From: Hydrolagus colliei
Taxonomy: Eukaryota
Assembly (NCBI GenBank): GCA_035084275.1
Contig: CM068758.1
Coordinates: forward strand, 10,540,001-10,604,000
Direction: 5' to 3'
DNA length: 64,000 nucleotides
Part shown: positions 1 through 11,265 of the stretch, in pieces
How positions within the stretch are numbered: position 1 is the first letter of the stretch
Layout of the letters: the number at the start of each line of letters is the position of its first letter
Position numbers and translations under genes: made by a program
Notes under the pieces: model-generated
Told to the model about the DNA's origin: nothing
Seen by the model: only the letters and a program-made list of their open reading frames with translations
Databases searched by the model: none

Positions 1-61
1 TGACAAAGCTTGGAGATGTTTGACGCTGTAGGCATCATAAATGTGATACTCACCATATTCA

Positions 62-360
62 TGGAGTGCTGCAGCTCAGTGGTTAGAGCGCTCACCTCAC
101 AAGCGAGAGATTTGGGTTCGATTTCCAGGCAGGGCAAAACCTTGGGCAAGTTTCCTTACTCCACACGCCTGATAATAATCCCTCAAGAAAAAACAATCAT
201 AAAGTTGGTCATTTTAATCCACGACTGTTTGTGGGACGCTGCTGTGTGCCACTGTGTTTCACCCACAAATATTCAGTTCACTTAGCAGCATATTCTATGA
301 AGCGCTTTGAGACGCCTAGAAGATGTGAAAAGCGCTATATCAAAGGCAAGGGTTTTATTT
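62..360 (+). mobile_element. tRNA-derived Deu-domain SINE (SINE2-1_CM-like), full length
   Basis: A-box-like AGCTCAGTGGTTAGAGC and B-box-like GGTTCGATT head; body GACTGTTTGTGGGACGCTGCTGTGTG; L2-type tail GCGCTTTGAGACG...GTGAAAAGCGCTATATCAAA. Same layout recurs more than 20 times in the window. Confidence 0.9.
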
Positions 361-389
361 AAATAATAACAACACTCATATTTGATAGA

Positions 390-690
390 GTGGCTTATCA
401 AGCTTTGAAACGTCTCAAAGTGCATCACAGAATGTTTAGCAAAGTGAATTGACTGTATATTGGTGAGCGAGACGGGGCAGCCAATTGTGCACAGCAGAGT
501 CCCACCAACAGCCATGGATGGACTGACCAAATAATTTGGGGGGGAAGTTTCCTACTTACCGCTATGTAAACAGAGGCCGTGTGAAATAAGCAAATTTAGG
601 AAACTTGCCTAGGATTTTGTCCCATTCGGGAATCAAACCTGGGCCCTCTCACTTGCGAGGTGAGTGCAATAACTATGGTGCTCTAGGAAT
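390..690 (-). mobile_element. Diverged Deu-domain SINE copy, tail-to-tail with the 62-360 copy
   Basis: Reverse-complement tail (ACGTCTCAAAGTGC), body (GCAGCCAATTGTGCACAGCAG) and head (GGAAACTTGCCTAGG...GGGAATCAAACC). Confidence 0.75.
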
Positions 691-2449
691 GCACGGTTAG
701 ACTCCAACAGTTACCTCAACGCACACTCTGGTTATATCAGATAGATGCAAGGATTATTATTTTATGAATCCGAACTCGCATAATGAAGATCATGAACTAA
801 ATGCAGCCATTTAAATGCTCTCAACCTTCATCATGCTAATGAAAGCACTCACGTCGTGCTTTAAAAGGTTCCGAGCCACTGATACATGATCATTTGTGTC
901 AAAAGGACAACCTGAAAATTTATCTGCTGAGGAATTATTTCAAATCAGAAACCACTTCTAAAATCATGGATTTTCCACGAGTTCAAAAACGGAAGGCAGG
1001 GGATCTAAAGTTCATTCTTTGAATTATTCAAACCCCTATCGAATGAATAGTGTTTTATTAAGGAGTGCTGAGACCTCGCACCCCATAAAAATTGCACTCA
1101 ATTTTAATTGTGCATATTATTAAATATTTACTTCATGGACTTTTACCCGTCTGTGCTTTGTTGCAGGCTCTCTGAGTGGCAGCTTTAACAATGCACACAA
1201 ACAGAAACCAGTCAGCGAACAAGGCACAAATAGGCTAATTTCAATTAATAACATAACGCAGCTTCCTTGACAGATACAAATTCACCTGTTGTATTATTTA
1301 CACAACCCGGCCTTCTGCAAATGCACCCTGGTCTGAGTCAGAGCTGGTAATTTTGATGCAAATTGAAACTAAAATATTTGCCTGACTGCCGTGTTTTACG
1401 ATGCTATCCCGGAAGGCAGAATTTACAGCTATCCTCATCAGAATTCCTAAATAAGAAGCCCGTTAGAATTTCTGCTGACCTGTCCAGTTGTTCATCGACT
1501 GGCGGAGTGCAATCCGGGTGGTAGCATTCCCTTCAATAAAATAACTAAATGATAATAATTTGGCGCGCGACTGTTTGCAGGACACTGCTGCGCGCAATCG
1601 GCTGCCGCATTTCACCCAACAACAGCAGCAAAATGACACTTGTATAGCGCCTTTCATGTCAGGAGGGCATCACAAGGGGCATACAAAACAGACAGCCAAT
1701 TGACTTTACTGTATGTTCTGTGAAACGCTTTGAGAATGTGTGAGGGGTTATTGCTGATACTGTTACGGTTACCAGAAAGAGCCTCCAATTTGCACACCCA
1801 CAGATTTCTTATTCAGGAATAATGTTAAGAAAGGATTTATCTCTCTCGCTGGCCATCTAGGCCAAACAAGTTCTCGCTTTGAGCAGCTTGTTTGCGATCA
1901 GAACGCGGAGAATCACACAATTATAGATCCACATTATTTCTGCTTTCAGGATTTGGGCCACGAGGTAGGTTGTATATGTTATCATGCGGCAGCTACACAA
2001 CCCAGAGTACACGCGCAATCCACACACAAGTATTTTATCAAAGAAATTGGCTCCTATCTCGCTGTGACCTGCGGGAATGTTTATAGGTAATGGAAATGGT
2101 GCAGGCTACCTGGTCTGGAAGGGAAGTGATAAAGCCGCAATGAGGCATGTTCTGTCTAACAAATGGGCTGCTCTACAGTACGAACTAGAAATTAGAATTA
2201 ATTCACTTAAATATTACAATCTGTAGTTAACAGGTCCTATTAGCATTTAATGGGAAACTGTAATTAATGTCCTTAAAGGTTTGCAATGGAGTTTTCTGAA
2301 TACCTTTATACCTCAGGGCAAGAGTAAGCCAGGTCAGTTCGACGGGTAAATGATTATACAAACGATGTTTTTATATTTATCCCTCTGGGTGTTTTTAAAC
2401 ACAAACAAAATTTTCTTTCCTAAAATATGGTTTGGAAAAAAAAGGTGTG

Positions 2450-2765
2450 AACGATAGTCCCTCAAGAAAAGAAACAAAATATAAAATAATAAATTGGTCA
2501 CCTAATCTACGTCTTGTTTATAATAATAATAATAATCCTTGCATTTGATATAGCGCTTTTCACATCTCATCAATGCCTCAAAGCGCTTCACAGGATATAT
2601 TGTAAAGTGAATTGACTGTATGTTTGTGGGCAAATGTTTGTGGCAATGCTGCTGTGCGCAATTGCCTGCCGAGTTTCACCCACAAAATATACAGTCAATT
2701 CATTTGACAGTTTATTCCGTGAAGCGCTTTGAGAAGTCTAGAAGACGTGAAAAGCACGGATTATT
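2450..2765. mobile_element. Nested SINE fragments (minus-strand tail inside a plus-strand SINE 3' half)
   Basis: (AAT)n-CCTTGCATTTGATATAGCGCTTTTCAC at about 2520-2635, followed by plus-strand TGTTTGTGGCAATGCTGCTGTGCGCAATTG...GTGAAAAGC. Confidence 0.75.
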
Positions 2766-3751
2766 TGTAACTGTAGGGGCTGTGGGAGTCACCTTCTTCA
2801 CCCTCCCCGTGGCTCGGCCCCGGGATCCGTTATTGGGAAGCGCTCTGTGACGCCGTCCGGCATGGAGTGAGGGAGGGTGCTATGTAAATCCAAGTTGTTG
2901 TTGTTGTTGATGCATCTTGAAGCGATTGACAGCGACAGAGTCGGAAATCACCTGTTAGTTAAGCGCTGAATATACAGGATTATATGTTCAGCTTCACAAG
3001 ATCTCACGATCAGTTCAGACGATGAATGCCCTTCTGCCCATCTGATCTCATTTCTCCTGGGTAGGTAGCCTCCCATCCTCCCATCACAGCATCAAGAGTC
3101 ATTTTAAATGAATCTAGTGCTGAATTTAGCATTTTTTGTTACTCTTTAACCCATGTCCTTTTGTTCAATCATCTGAACTAAAACCTGTTCTAGAAGCAAT
3201 GGACATGTTGCAGCCTAATTCTGCGGCTTATTTATGTATCGCTAAACAGCTCGGATTTCACACTGTAAAATTTTCAAAGCATGAAATCAGACACTGAAGC
3301 TGATCCAACTTTCTGTGGCGGTGAACACGCTATTAAACACCATCGGATCAGATTATATTTCAGAGAGAAAAGCAATGCCCTCTGGAGAGAGAAGGGTTCA
3401 TGCAATAAAACTTAAGAGGCACAGCATTTGAAAGAGGTCCTCTTTAACCAGGCTTTCTGATTTACATTATGAAAATAGAAGGAATGTAAAGTGCTCTGGG
3501 TTAAGGTGTGTGAGACGAGGAGAGATTTAATTTTGTCCTTTTCATTGTGAAAGACTTGCAAAATGGATTTGTGGAGTCTGTAGTGTTTTGGTTAGAGTCA
3601 TCGCCTCTCGGGCAAGAGGGCCTGGGTTCAATTCTCCGGCAAGGCGAAACTTTAGGTAAACCTGCTAACATCAGGTCGTACAGTTCAAACCTCTCTAAAT
3701 TAATTGCTTATTTTTCAATGCACTTTCTCTTCTGCAGAATTGTGCACATGA

Positions 3752-4075
3752 TTCCTCCCCTGCCCTCCATCCACTCCCCCCTCACCCCCGCCCCTCACGC
3801 ACTCCCCCATCACCCCAGCCCCCCGCCCACTCCCCCCTCACCCACTCCCCCTCACCTCCGCCCCCCGCCCACTCCCCCCTCACCCCCGCCCCTCACCCAC
3901 TCCCCCTCACCTCCGCCCCCCGCCCACTCCCCACAACCCCACCCCCCCACCCACTCCTCCCTCACCCACTCCCCCTCACCTCCGCCCCCTGCCCACTCCC
4001 CCCTCACCCCCCGCCCCTCACCCACTCCCCCCTCACCCCCACCCCCCCCCAGCCACTCCCCCCTCACCCACGCCT
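3752..4075. repeat. C-rich minisatellite (unit about CCCACTCCCCCTCACC), G-quadruplex-prone on the minus strand
   Basis: Degenerate tandem copies of CCCACTCCCC(C)TCACC(T)CCGCCCC read directly; explains the Pro-rich ORF 3547-4191. Confidence 0.9.
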
Positions 4076-4614
4076 CCTGGGCAGTGTTTACTAAAGAAGC
4101 TTGTAAAGATCTCAACTCGGAATTTTGTGACAAGTCCCCGAAAGATTCTTTTTTTTACCTGCTCGTCTCACAGTCAGAATTTCCTGAATAACCACTCGGT
4201 AATTATTTGGTACCAGAAAGGAACACGTGTAGACCATTCAGCCCCTCGAGCCTGTTTGGCTGCTCTATTAGATCATGGCTGATCATGATACAAACTCCTG
4301 AAATTCCACCCATGTTTACTTAGTGGATTGTTGCCTTTGTCATGACTGTACAGAGGAACGTCAGCTTTGATATTTCTGGTTTGGAAACTTTGAATAAAGA
4401 AAAGATCCAAGCAACCACATTAAAGTACAGTGCTCGGCGTTTCGCGACTGAATGAATTGGTTTGTTCCCTGCTCTTTGATACGCCTGCCTTAAGAATCAC
4501 TTTGAGTCTAGGGCAGGAGTCAAGGTCCTTAAAGTTGGTTTCCTGGCTGATTCAGGTTTAAGGCAAGCGTTTGTTGGTTGGAAAATGGCCAACATTGTTC
4601 AAGGGGTGCATTTT

Positions 4615-4942
4615 AGTAATAATAATAATAATTCTTGCATTTGATATAGCGCTTTTCACTTCTTCTAGACGTCTCAATGTGCTTCACAGAATATAATATA
4701 AAGTGAATTGACTATATGTTTGTGGGGGAAACGTGGCAGCCAATTGCGCACAGCAGCGTCCCCACAAACGGTTGTTGATTGAAATGACCAATTTTATTAT
4801 CGTGTTTTTTTTTGAGAGATTATTATTTGGTGTGTGGAGTAAGGAAGTTTGCCCAAGGTATCCCCTGATGTGCCTTGAATCGAATAAGGGTCTCACACTT
4901 GTAAGTGGTGAGTACTCTAACCACTGAGCTACAGGACTCCAT
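4615..4942 (-). mobile_element. tRNA-derived Deu-domain SINE, full length
   Basis: Reverse complement from the (AAT)n tail through to the head CTAACCACTGAGCTACAGGACTCCA. Confidence 0.9.
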
Positions 4943-5681
4943 GTAGAACTCAGTCGCTTGGTTTGAATGTTTTCCATGCAAGGCAGACGCCCGGCCTGTC
5001 ACAAGAAAACTAGCAGAGGTTACTCTTTGGGTTACTCTTTATATACATGAAGAGGCGAGAATCTTCAGCCCCCCAAGCCAAATCTTGCTCCAAACAGCAG
5101 CAACTGAGCTCAAATGATTTGACATGTCCCACGTCTGTGTCAAGCGAAGCTACTTCTGGGCTGTCCGCGTGTCTCGAGGGAATTAAACAACGCAGGCAAT
5201 GCTGTACTTTCATCTCCCGAGCAGTTTCGTATCGAATTGAATGCAGGCAGACACAACAAAATTGACTTCCCTCCACTTGTTGTTCTGCCTACTAAGTGAA
5301 ACGAGTCTGGGGATTTCAATCCGAACTGGTTTTAAAATTAATCTTTCAAAACACTGAGAACGATACAGAGCAAGCAATGTGGCACAGTCAGTCACAAAGA
5401 AAGCCGAGCGATGATCGTGCACGATCTCAAATCCTGCAATCATATTTCGCAGAGTTTATCACAGATCATAGCTATTTGCTCAGTACTTTTTCTCTCTCTG
5501 AATGCTGCCTGATTGACAATCCAAAGTCAGTTTGCAGCAAAGCTACCCCAACTTGGCTCACACAAATCACTGGCACCGTCACAATCTCCAGGTGGACCAA
5601 CATATTAAGAGACAAAAACACCAGAGACACCAGAGCTGAAATGTAATTTTGTATTGTATTGTAAACACACATCGAGCTGCT

Positions 5682-5865
5682 GATCTGAAACAGAAGGCAA
5701 GATACTGCGGATGCTGGTTGGGAACACTCAACAACAGCAACAACAACTTCAATTTATATAGCGCCCTTCACGCCGGACGGCATCTCAGAGCGCTTCAGGT
5801 CAGGCAGCATTTATGGAGAAAGGAAAGTGAGTTGAGGTTTCGGGTCGATGAGCTTTCGTCAGAAT
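5682..5865 (-). mobile_element. Penelope-like element terminal-repeat fragment with a degenerate hammerhead core, interrupted by an L2 3' tail (about 5729-5797)
   Basis: Minus strand reads CTGACGAAAGCTCATCGACCCGAAACCTCAACTCACTTTCCTTTCTCCATAAATGCTGCCTGACCTG, homologous to 9751-9858. Penelope assignment rests on the known PLE-hammerhead association. Confidence 0.6.
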
Positions 5866-6180
5866 GGATGAAAATTGCTGCACAAACATTGTTATTTTTG
5901 TTGTTGGACATTAAGAATCTCACAGCACTGATCAAGAGAGGAAGGAGTTTCTATTCCGGTGTCCTGCCCAACACGGCTTAGATAAAATTGGTTATTCACT
6001 TCATGGCTGATTGCGAGACGTTGCAATTGCTGTTTGCACCTACAAAATACTGTCCCTTCACTTGGCAATAAATTCTGTAAAGTCTTTGAGAGGTCCTCAC
6101 GATGTGAAAGGTGCTATATCAAATGCAAAGAATATTATTAGTAGTATTAGTAAAACAACAACAACAAAATTACATTTCAC

Positions 6181-6492
6181 GTGGAGCTCCTGTAGCTTAG
6201 TGGTTAGAGCACTTGTCTTGCAAGCTGGGGAGACCTGTGTTCGATTCCAGGCAGGTCAGGGCGAAATCTTGGGCACACACACGCCTAATAATAATCCATC
6301 CAACAAAAAAACACATTAAAAAAACACATTTCAATCCACGACTGTGTGTGGGACACTGCTGTACACAATTGGTTGCCGCGATTTGCCCACAAATATACAG
6401 TCAATTCACTTTACAGTATATTCTGTGAAGCTCTTTGGGACGTCGATAAGAGGTGAAAAGCGCTATATCAAATGCAAGGATTATTATTATTA
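6181..6492 (+). mobile_element. tRNA-derived Deu-domain SINE, full length, young-looking subfamily
   Basis: GGAGCTCCTGTAGCTTAGTGGTTAGAGC head to GCAAGG(ATT)n tail; shares diagnostic GGGACGTCGATAAGAGGTGAAAAG with the 13935-14275 copy. Confidence 0.9.
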
Positions 6493-7509
6493 TTTATAGA
6501 GCGCTTTTCACATCGGGTGGACGTCTCCAAGGCGCTGAATTCAGTATCATTATTATAAAACTTTAGGTTCTATTTAGTCTAAATTGAGAGTACAAGAGCC
6601 TGCCTATCTTTCGGAGAGAGAAGTGACAAAGCAGAATTTAAACCAGAAGAAATAAAACGTTTAGCGCAAAATTGTAGTATATGTGCCCATCTGGTGAAAT
6701 TCTGGATTGTGAAGGACAGGCAGCAGGAAGTATTTCTTTGCAAGGGGGCAATCAGCGAGAACAGATTACCTCATCAAGCAGACTAAGGGGACTCCTGCAT
6801 CCGAACGTCAATTCTTGTGAATTCAGTGAAACCTGAGTTTTAAAGACTAGCCTTTTTAAAAAAAAACTTTTAAGACTAGCCTCTGATGACCGCAACCTTT
6901 AAAACTCCAATTCTCTCTGCCTATCGCAGCCATACAGGACAGAAAGTATCCAAATATAGAGCCGGAAGTTAAATCGTTTGCATGCTATTAGTGAATCACT
7001 TGGAACTTAATTGATCACTTAGCGGGTCTATAATTATACCAGAATGTATTATTATTATTGTAATAAAAAGCCCGTTAAATGTTTTAGTAATGCAGCAACC
7101 CACACAAGATTGTGAAAATGAGCGAATGTATTATTCAAAGACACAATAGCGTGTTCTAGTATCGGGCCAATTCAATTGCTTGCTTTCAATCATGTTTTTC
7201 GCAACTGTTGGTCAGTGAATTATTTCTATCTTAATTTGATGGATTAATGTTCTCTCAATGGCAATCACAATCTAACCGCTCTTTGGAACAGACCTGTCTG
7301 CAATTCCATCCACCCCCTGATCTCTCCACTTTCCTCTTACTTTAGTACGTACTCGGCTGACTCTTATTGTGTTGCACTAAAATGGCTACGTACCAACTTT
7401 TGTCACACTGTACCTCAAGGGGAGATGAAGCTGAGTGGGGGGAGGGTGTGTGTATGAGTGTTTGCATGTGTGTGTGTGGTGGGGGGTGGGGGGAGGGTGG
7501 CTGAGTTTC

Positions 7510-7765
7510 AGTAATAATAATAATCCTTGCATTTGATATAGCGCTTTTCACATCTTATCCACGTCTCAAAGAGCTTCACAGGATATACTGTAAAGTGAAT
7601 TGACAGTGTCTCACAAACAGTCAAGGATTGAAACGACCAAGTTTTATTACTGTGTTTTTTGGGGACGGATTATTATCAGGCGTGTGGAGGAAGGCAGCTT
7701 GCCCAAGTTTTCGCCCTGATCCGCCTGGATTCGAACGCAGAACACAGGCAGTTAATCAATCTACC
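7510..7765 (-). mobile_element. Deu-domain SINE with internal deletion
   Basis: Tail, shortened body and head (GCCTGGATTCGAAC) on the minus strand. Confidence 0.8.
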
Positions 7766-8879
7766 AATCTGGACGACCTCCCTCCAGCCCCCTTTCTCCC
7801 CTTGCAGCCTGCGAACATTAAATGTGACTGAACAATTTCACCATCTGCAAGGAAACCAATCTCTTGTTTGCTTCTGCGCACAGGCCCACAACCGAGCCTG
7901 ACCTGTTGCTTGCACTGGTGTGACAAGTAGAAAATGAGCCCAGTGTGAATGTCAGGTCCTGGCAGCATGTTTAGCTACAACAAAGATGGCAGTGGACAGA
8001 TCACGTCAGCTGTAATTTTGCGCTGCACCTAATTTCATTGATGTTTATTGTAAAATCACAGCTTGTTGAGGTGCCTGCTGCTGTTATTTTTTTTACTATA
8101 ATTAAACATGTTGCCAGAATGTGCCGACATCTACTTTTTCTACTTCAAAGTCACCCAATCCGCAGGCTGTTTAGGAGGAGCTTCAGCCTCAAGACAATCC
8201 AGGCAAAATGATTCCGTCAATTTTAAAACGCTTTGAAATGGGTATTGTCATAAGCCTAGCCGCACGGAGAAATAATCAACATTTTAACACCGGTGAATTT
8301 ATATAGCGCCTTTTATGTAGGATGAACGTCTTGAAATGCTTCACAGAAACGTTATGACAGCCTCTGAGCCTATGGCAGTTTGTTTCAGAAGTGTGATTTT
8401 GAAGAGATCAAAGCCTGGTCCTCTTAAGAAAGGAATCATATGAAGATGGTAACTTCTACCAAACAACAGCATTGTTCAACCAAAAAATGACATGCAAAAG
8501 CTCTGTGGTCTATTTATCATTTATGAATGCCACCATCACTGTTAACAACCTTGGAGTATTCTGAAAAGTAATTGCTAATGTCTTCTCCTCCCAGTGAGAC
8601 CTTGGTACAACTTAAACAACTCTGTGAGGTTCTGTACCTCAGCGCTGCACTCTCTGTTTGGAGATATGCCCGCCCTCGTGAAGCGCTATTCTCACCTTCA
8701 TCTAAATTCTACACATTTCTAAAAAGCTTTTAAACACAAAAGGTTATTTCTGGGAAAGCAATCTGCTTTCTGGAGATGAATACTGTATTTTCCCCGTTAC
8801 GTCACAGGCGGCACACAGCATTACAGGGAAGGCTTTCAGAAGTCTTACAATATACAGTATTATCTTACCCCCCACGCAA

Positions 8880-9530
8880 TTATCTTACCCCCCACGCTGC
8901 CGAAACACTCGTGCACGCGTACATCACCTCACGGCTGGACTACGGAAACTCTCTCCTCGTCGGCCTCCCCAGTTCCTCCATTCCCAGGCTGCAGGCCATC
9001 CAAAACTCTGCAGCCCGTGTACTATCCCGCACCCGCCTCCGCGACCATATAACCCCCACCCTCGCCTGTCTCCACTGGCTCCCCATCCTCCAGAGGATCT
9101 AGTTCAAGATCCTCGTCCTCACCTTCAAGGCCTTACATGGCCTTGCCCCGCCCTATTTAACCAATTTACTCTCCCCCTACAAGCCCACCCGGACCCTCCG
9201 CTCAGCAGGACTTGGCCTGCTCCAAGCCCCCCGCCCGAACCACCCCACCATCGGAGGCCGGGCCTTCAGTTTTTCTGCTCCGACCCTATGGAATTCCATC
9301 CCCCAATCCCTCCGTCTCGTTTCTTCCCTTTCCTCTTTCAAGGCCGGTTTGAAGACTTTCCTCTTCGACCGTGCCTTTGTTCCACCCCAAATTTTTCGAC
9401 CTCCCCTATCTGTTTCACCCCTTCCCGTACACTCCCCTCCCAGCTCGGATCACACGCCCTGTGCAGCGCCTTGGGACGTCTTCCCGACGTGAAAGGCGCT
9501 TTATAAGTGTAATTTGTTGTTGTTGTTGTA
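8880..9530 (+). mobile_element. 5'-truncated L2-clade LINE (ORF2 C-terminus and 3' UTR)
   Basis: Translates AAETLVHAYITSRLDYGNSLL...RLQAIQNSAARVL...HITPTLACLHWLPI..RI*FKILVLTFKALHGLAP, the typical L2 ORF2 end; finishes with GTGAAAGGCGCTTTATAAG-(TTG)n. Confidence 0.92.
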
Positions 9531-9750
9531 TTTGGAATAAGTAAACTGGATGTGGCTGAGAAAATTAGTGACAGATGCTCTGAATGTAGCTTCCACTCTG
9601 ATGTTCTGTTTAACCTGGAACTCCAAATCACATTTTTTTTAAAAAGAAATACATTAGAATACACAGCACAGAAACAAGTCATTCGGCCCAACTGGTCTCT
9701 GACAACATTTGTGCTCAACATGAGTCTTCTCCTGCCCCTCCTCAACTGAG

Positions 9751-9858
9751 CTGACAAGCGAAGGGTCGTGGAACCGAAACGTTGACTCACTTTTCCTTTC
9801 TCCATAGATGCTGCCTGACCTGCTGAGTTTTCCCAGCAACTTCTGCTGTTGTTTCAGC
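9751..9858 (+). mobile_element. Penelope-like terminal-repeat fragment with a degenerate hammerhead core
   Basis: CTGAC(AAGC)GAAGGGTCGTGGAACCGAAACGTTGACTCAC...CTCCATAGATGCTGCCTGACCTGCTGAG; homologous to 5682-5865. Confidence 0.6.
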
Positions 9859-10156
9859 ATAACCTTCTATTCCTTTCTCCCTTATGTACCTACCTAGCTT
9901 CCCCTTAAATATATCTATGCTATCAGGTGCCCAATTTGGTTTTCAAATTGTTCTACGCATTGACAGGTGACCTAACCAAACGCCCTTTGTTCATAGGGAT
10001 CGGAAACAGGAACCTTTGCTGTTTTCCTCCAAGCTAACTCTGGGAAGGCTGGGGGCAAGGTAGCCTCCTTGTCTGGCCAATACACTGAAACAGCAATTTT
10101 TGAATGTGTGACACACATTAACAGATTAAGAATTGGGGGTAATCGTGTCACGCCAG

Positions 10157-10473
10157 TAATAATAATAATAATAATAATCCTTGCATTTGATGTAGCACTT
10201 TTCACATCTTCTAGACCTCTCAAAGCACTTCACAGAATATACTATAAAGTGAATTGACTACCTATTTGTGGGCGAAATGTGATAGCTATTTGCACACAGC
10301 AGCATTCCACAAACAGTTGAATTGAGTGACCAAATTATTATTGTTTTTTTGGAGGGATTATTATTAGGCATGTGGAGTAAGGAAACTTGCCCAAGGTTTC
10401 ACCCAGCCAGGAATTGAACCCAGGTCTCTTATTTATAAGGCAAGTGCTCTAACCACTGAGCTACAGGACTCCA
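10157..10473 (-). mobile_element. tRNA-derived Deu-domain SINE, full length
   Basis: Complete reverse-complement copy ending at CTAACCACTGAGCTACAGGACTCCA. Confidence 0.9.
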
Positions 10474-10951
10474 ATAGCAGTGAACTGAGAGATCGAACCA
10501 CTTTTCCCGACCATATGGGGTAAATGTCTTTTTCATTTTAGAGATTGAGCTATAACTACAACTTGCATTTAAAATTCCTTGTCAGAACCATAGCTTAAAT
10601 GCCTGCAAGAAACATCACTATTCAGATTTCACGGAACTCTTCTTTATACTGTATTCTGAGATTCTGAGAATCTTTTCCTGGGGGTAACAATTCCTTCAAA
10701 AATCTATTAAAAAATGATAATAATGATTTAACCACTCAATCCATGGCTGTTTGTGGAACACCACTGTGCGCAATAGTCTGCCACATTTCACTCACAAAAT
10801 ATACAGTCACTACACTTTACAATATATCCTGTGAAGCATTTTTAGGCATCTCAACGATGTGATAAGGTGCTATATCAAATGCAAAGATTATTATTATTCT
10901 TTACATAATTTTAGCAAATATGCTTTTGGCAGAGATCCTCCAGCCACATTT

Positions 10952-11265
10952 TACATAGGAACATAGGAACAGGAGTAGGCCATTCAGCCCTTCGAGCTAG
11001 TTAATTAGATCATGGCTGATCTGTACCTCTACTAAACCTTTCAATTCCAATTTCCTGCTTTCTCCCCGTATCCCTTAACACCCTGATCTACCAAACGTTT
11101 ATCAACCTCACTCTTGAAGACGTGGATGGATCCAGCATCCATGACCTTTTTCAAGAGAGAATTTCAGATTTCTACCACCCTTTGAGTGAAAAAACGCTTC
11201 CTGATTTCACTCTAAAATGGCCTTCAGAAAATGCTTTCTGATTTCACACTTAAATGGCCTACCAT
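10952..11265 (-). mobile_element. CR1-clade LINE 3' end
   Basis: ACATAGGAACATAGGAACAGGAGTAGGCCATTCAGCCC...AGATCATGGCTGATC; homologous to 54905-55200 and to the reverse complement of 63400-63650. Confidence 0.8.

Noticed and set aside
62-140. tRNA-like sequences here and at other SINE heads
   Set aside because: Each continues into the SINE body and tail and lacks a complete cloverleaf; these are SINE heads, not tRNA genes.
3547-4191. 214-aa proline-rich ORF
   Set aside because: Starts in a SINE head and runs through a C-rich minisatellite that cannot contain stops; no domain or exon support.
6770-6832. Possible 63-nt minus-strand exon (VSLNSQELTFGCRSPLSLLDE) with AG/GT boundaries
   Set aside because: Weak polypyrimidine tract and no recognisable protein match (I could not relate it to CARD11); not supportable without RNA data.
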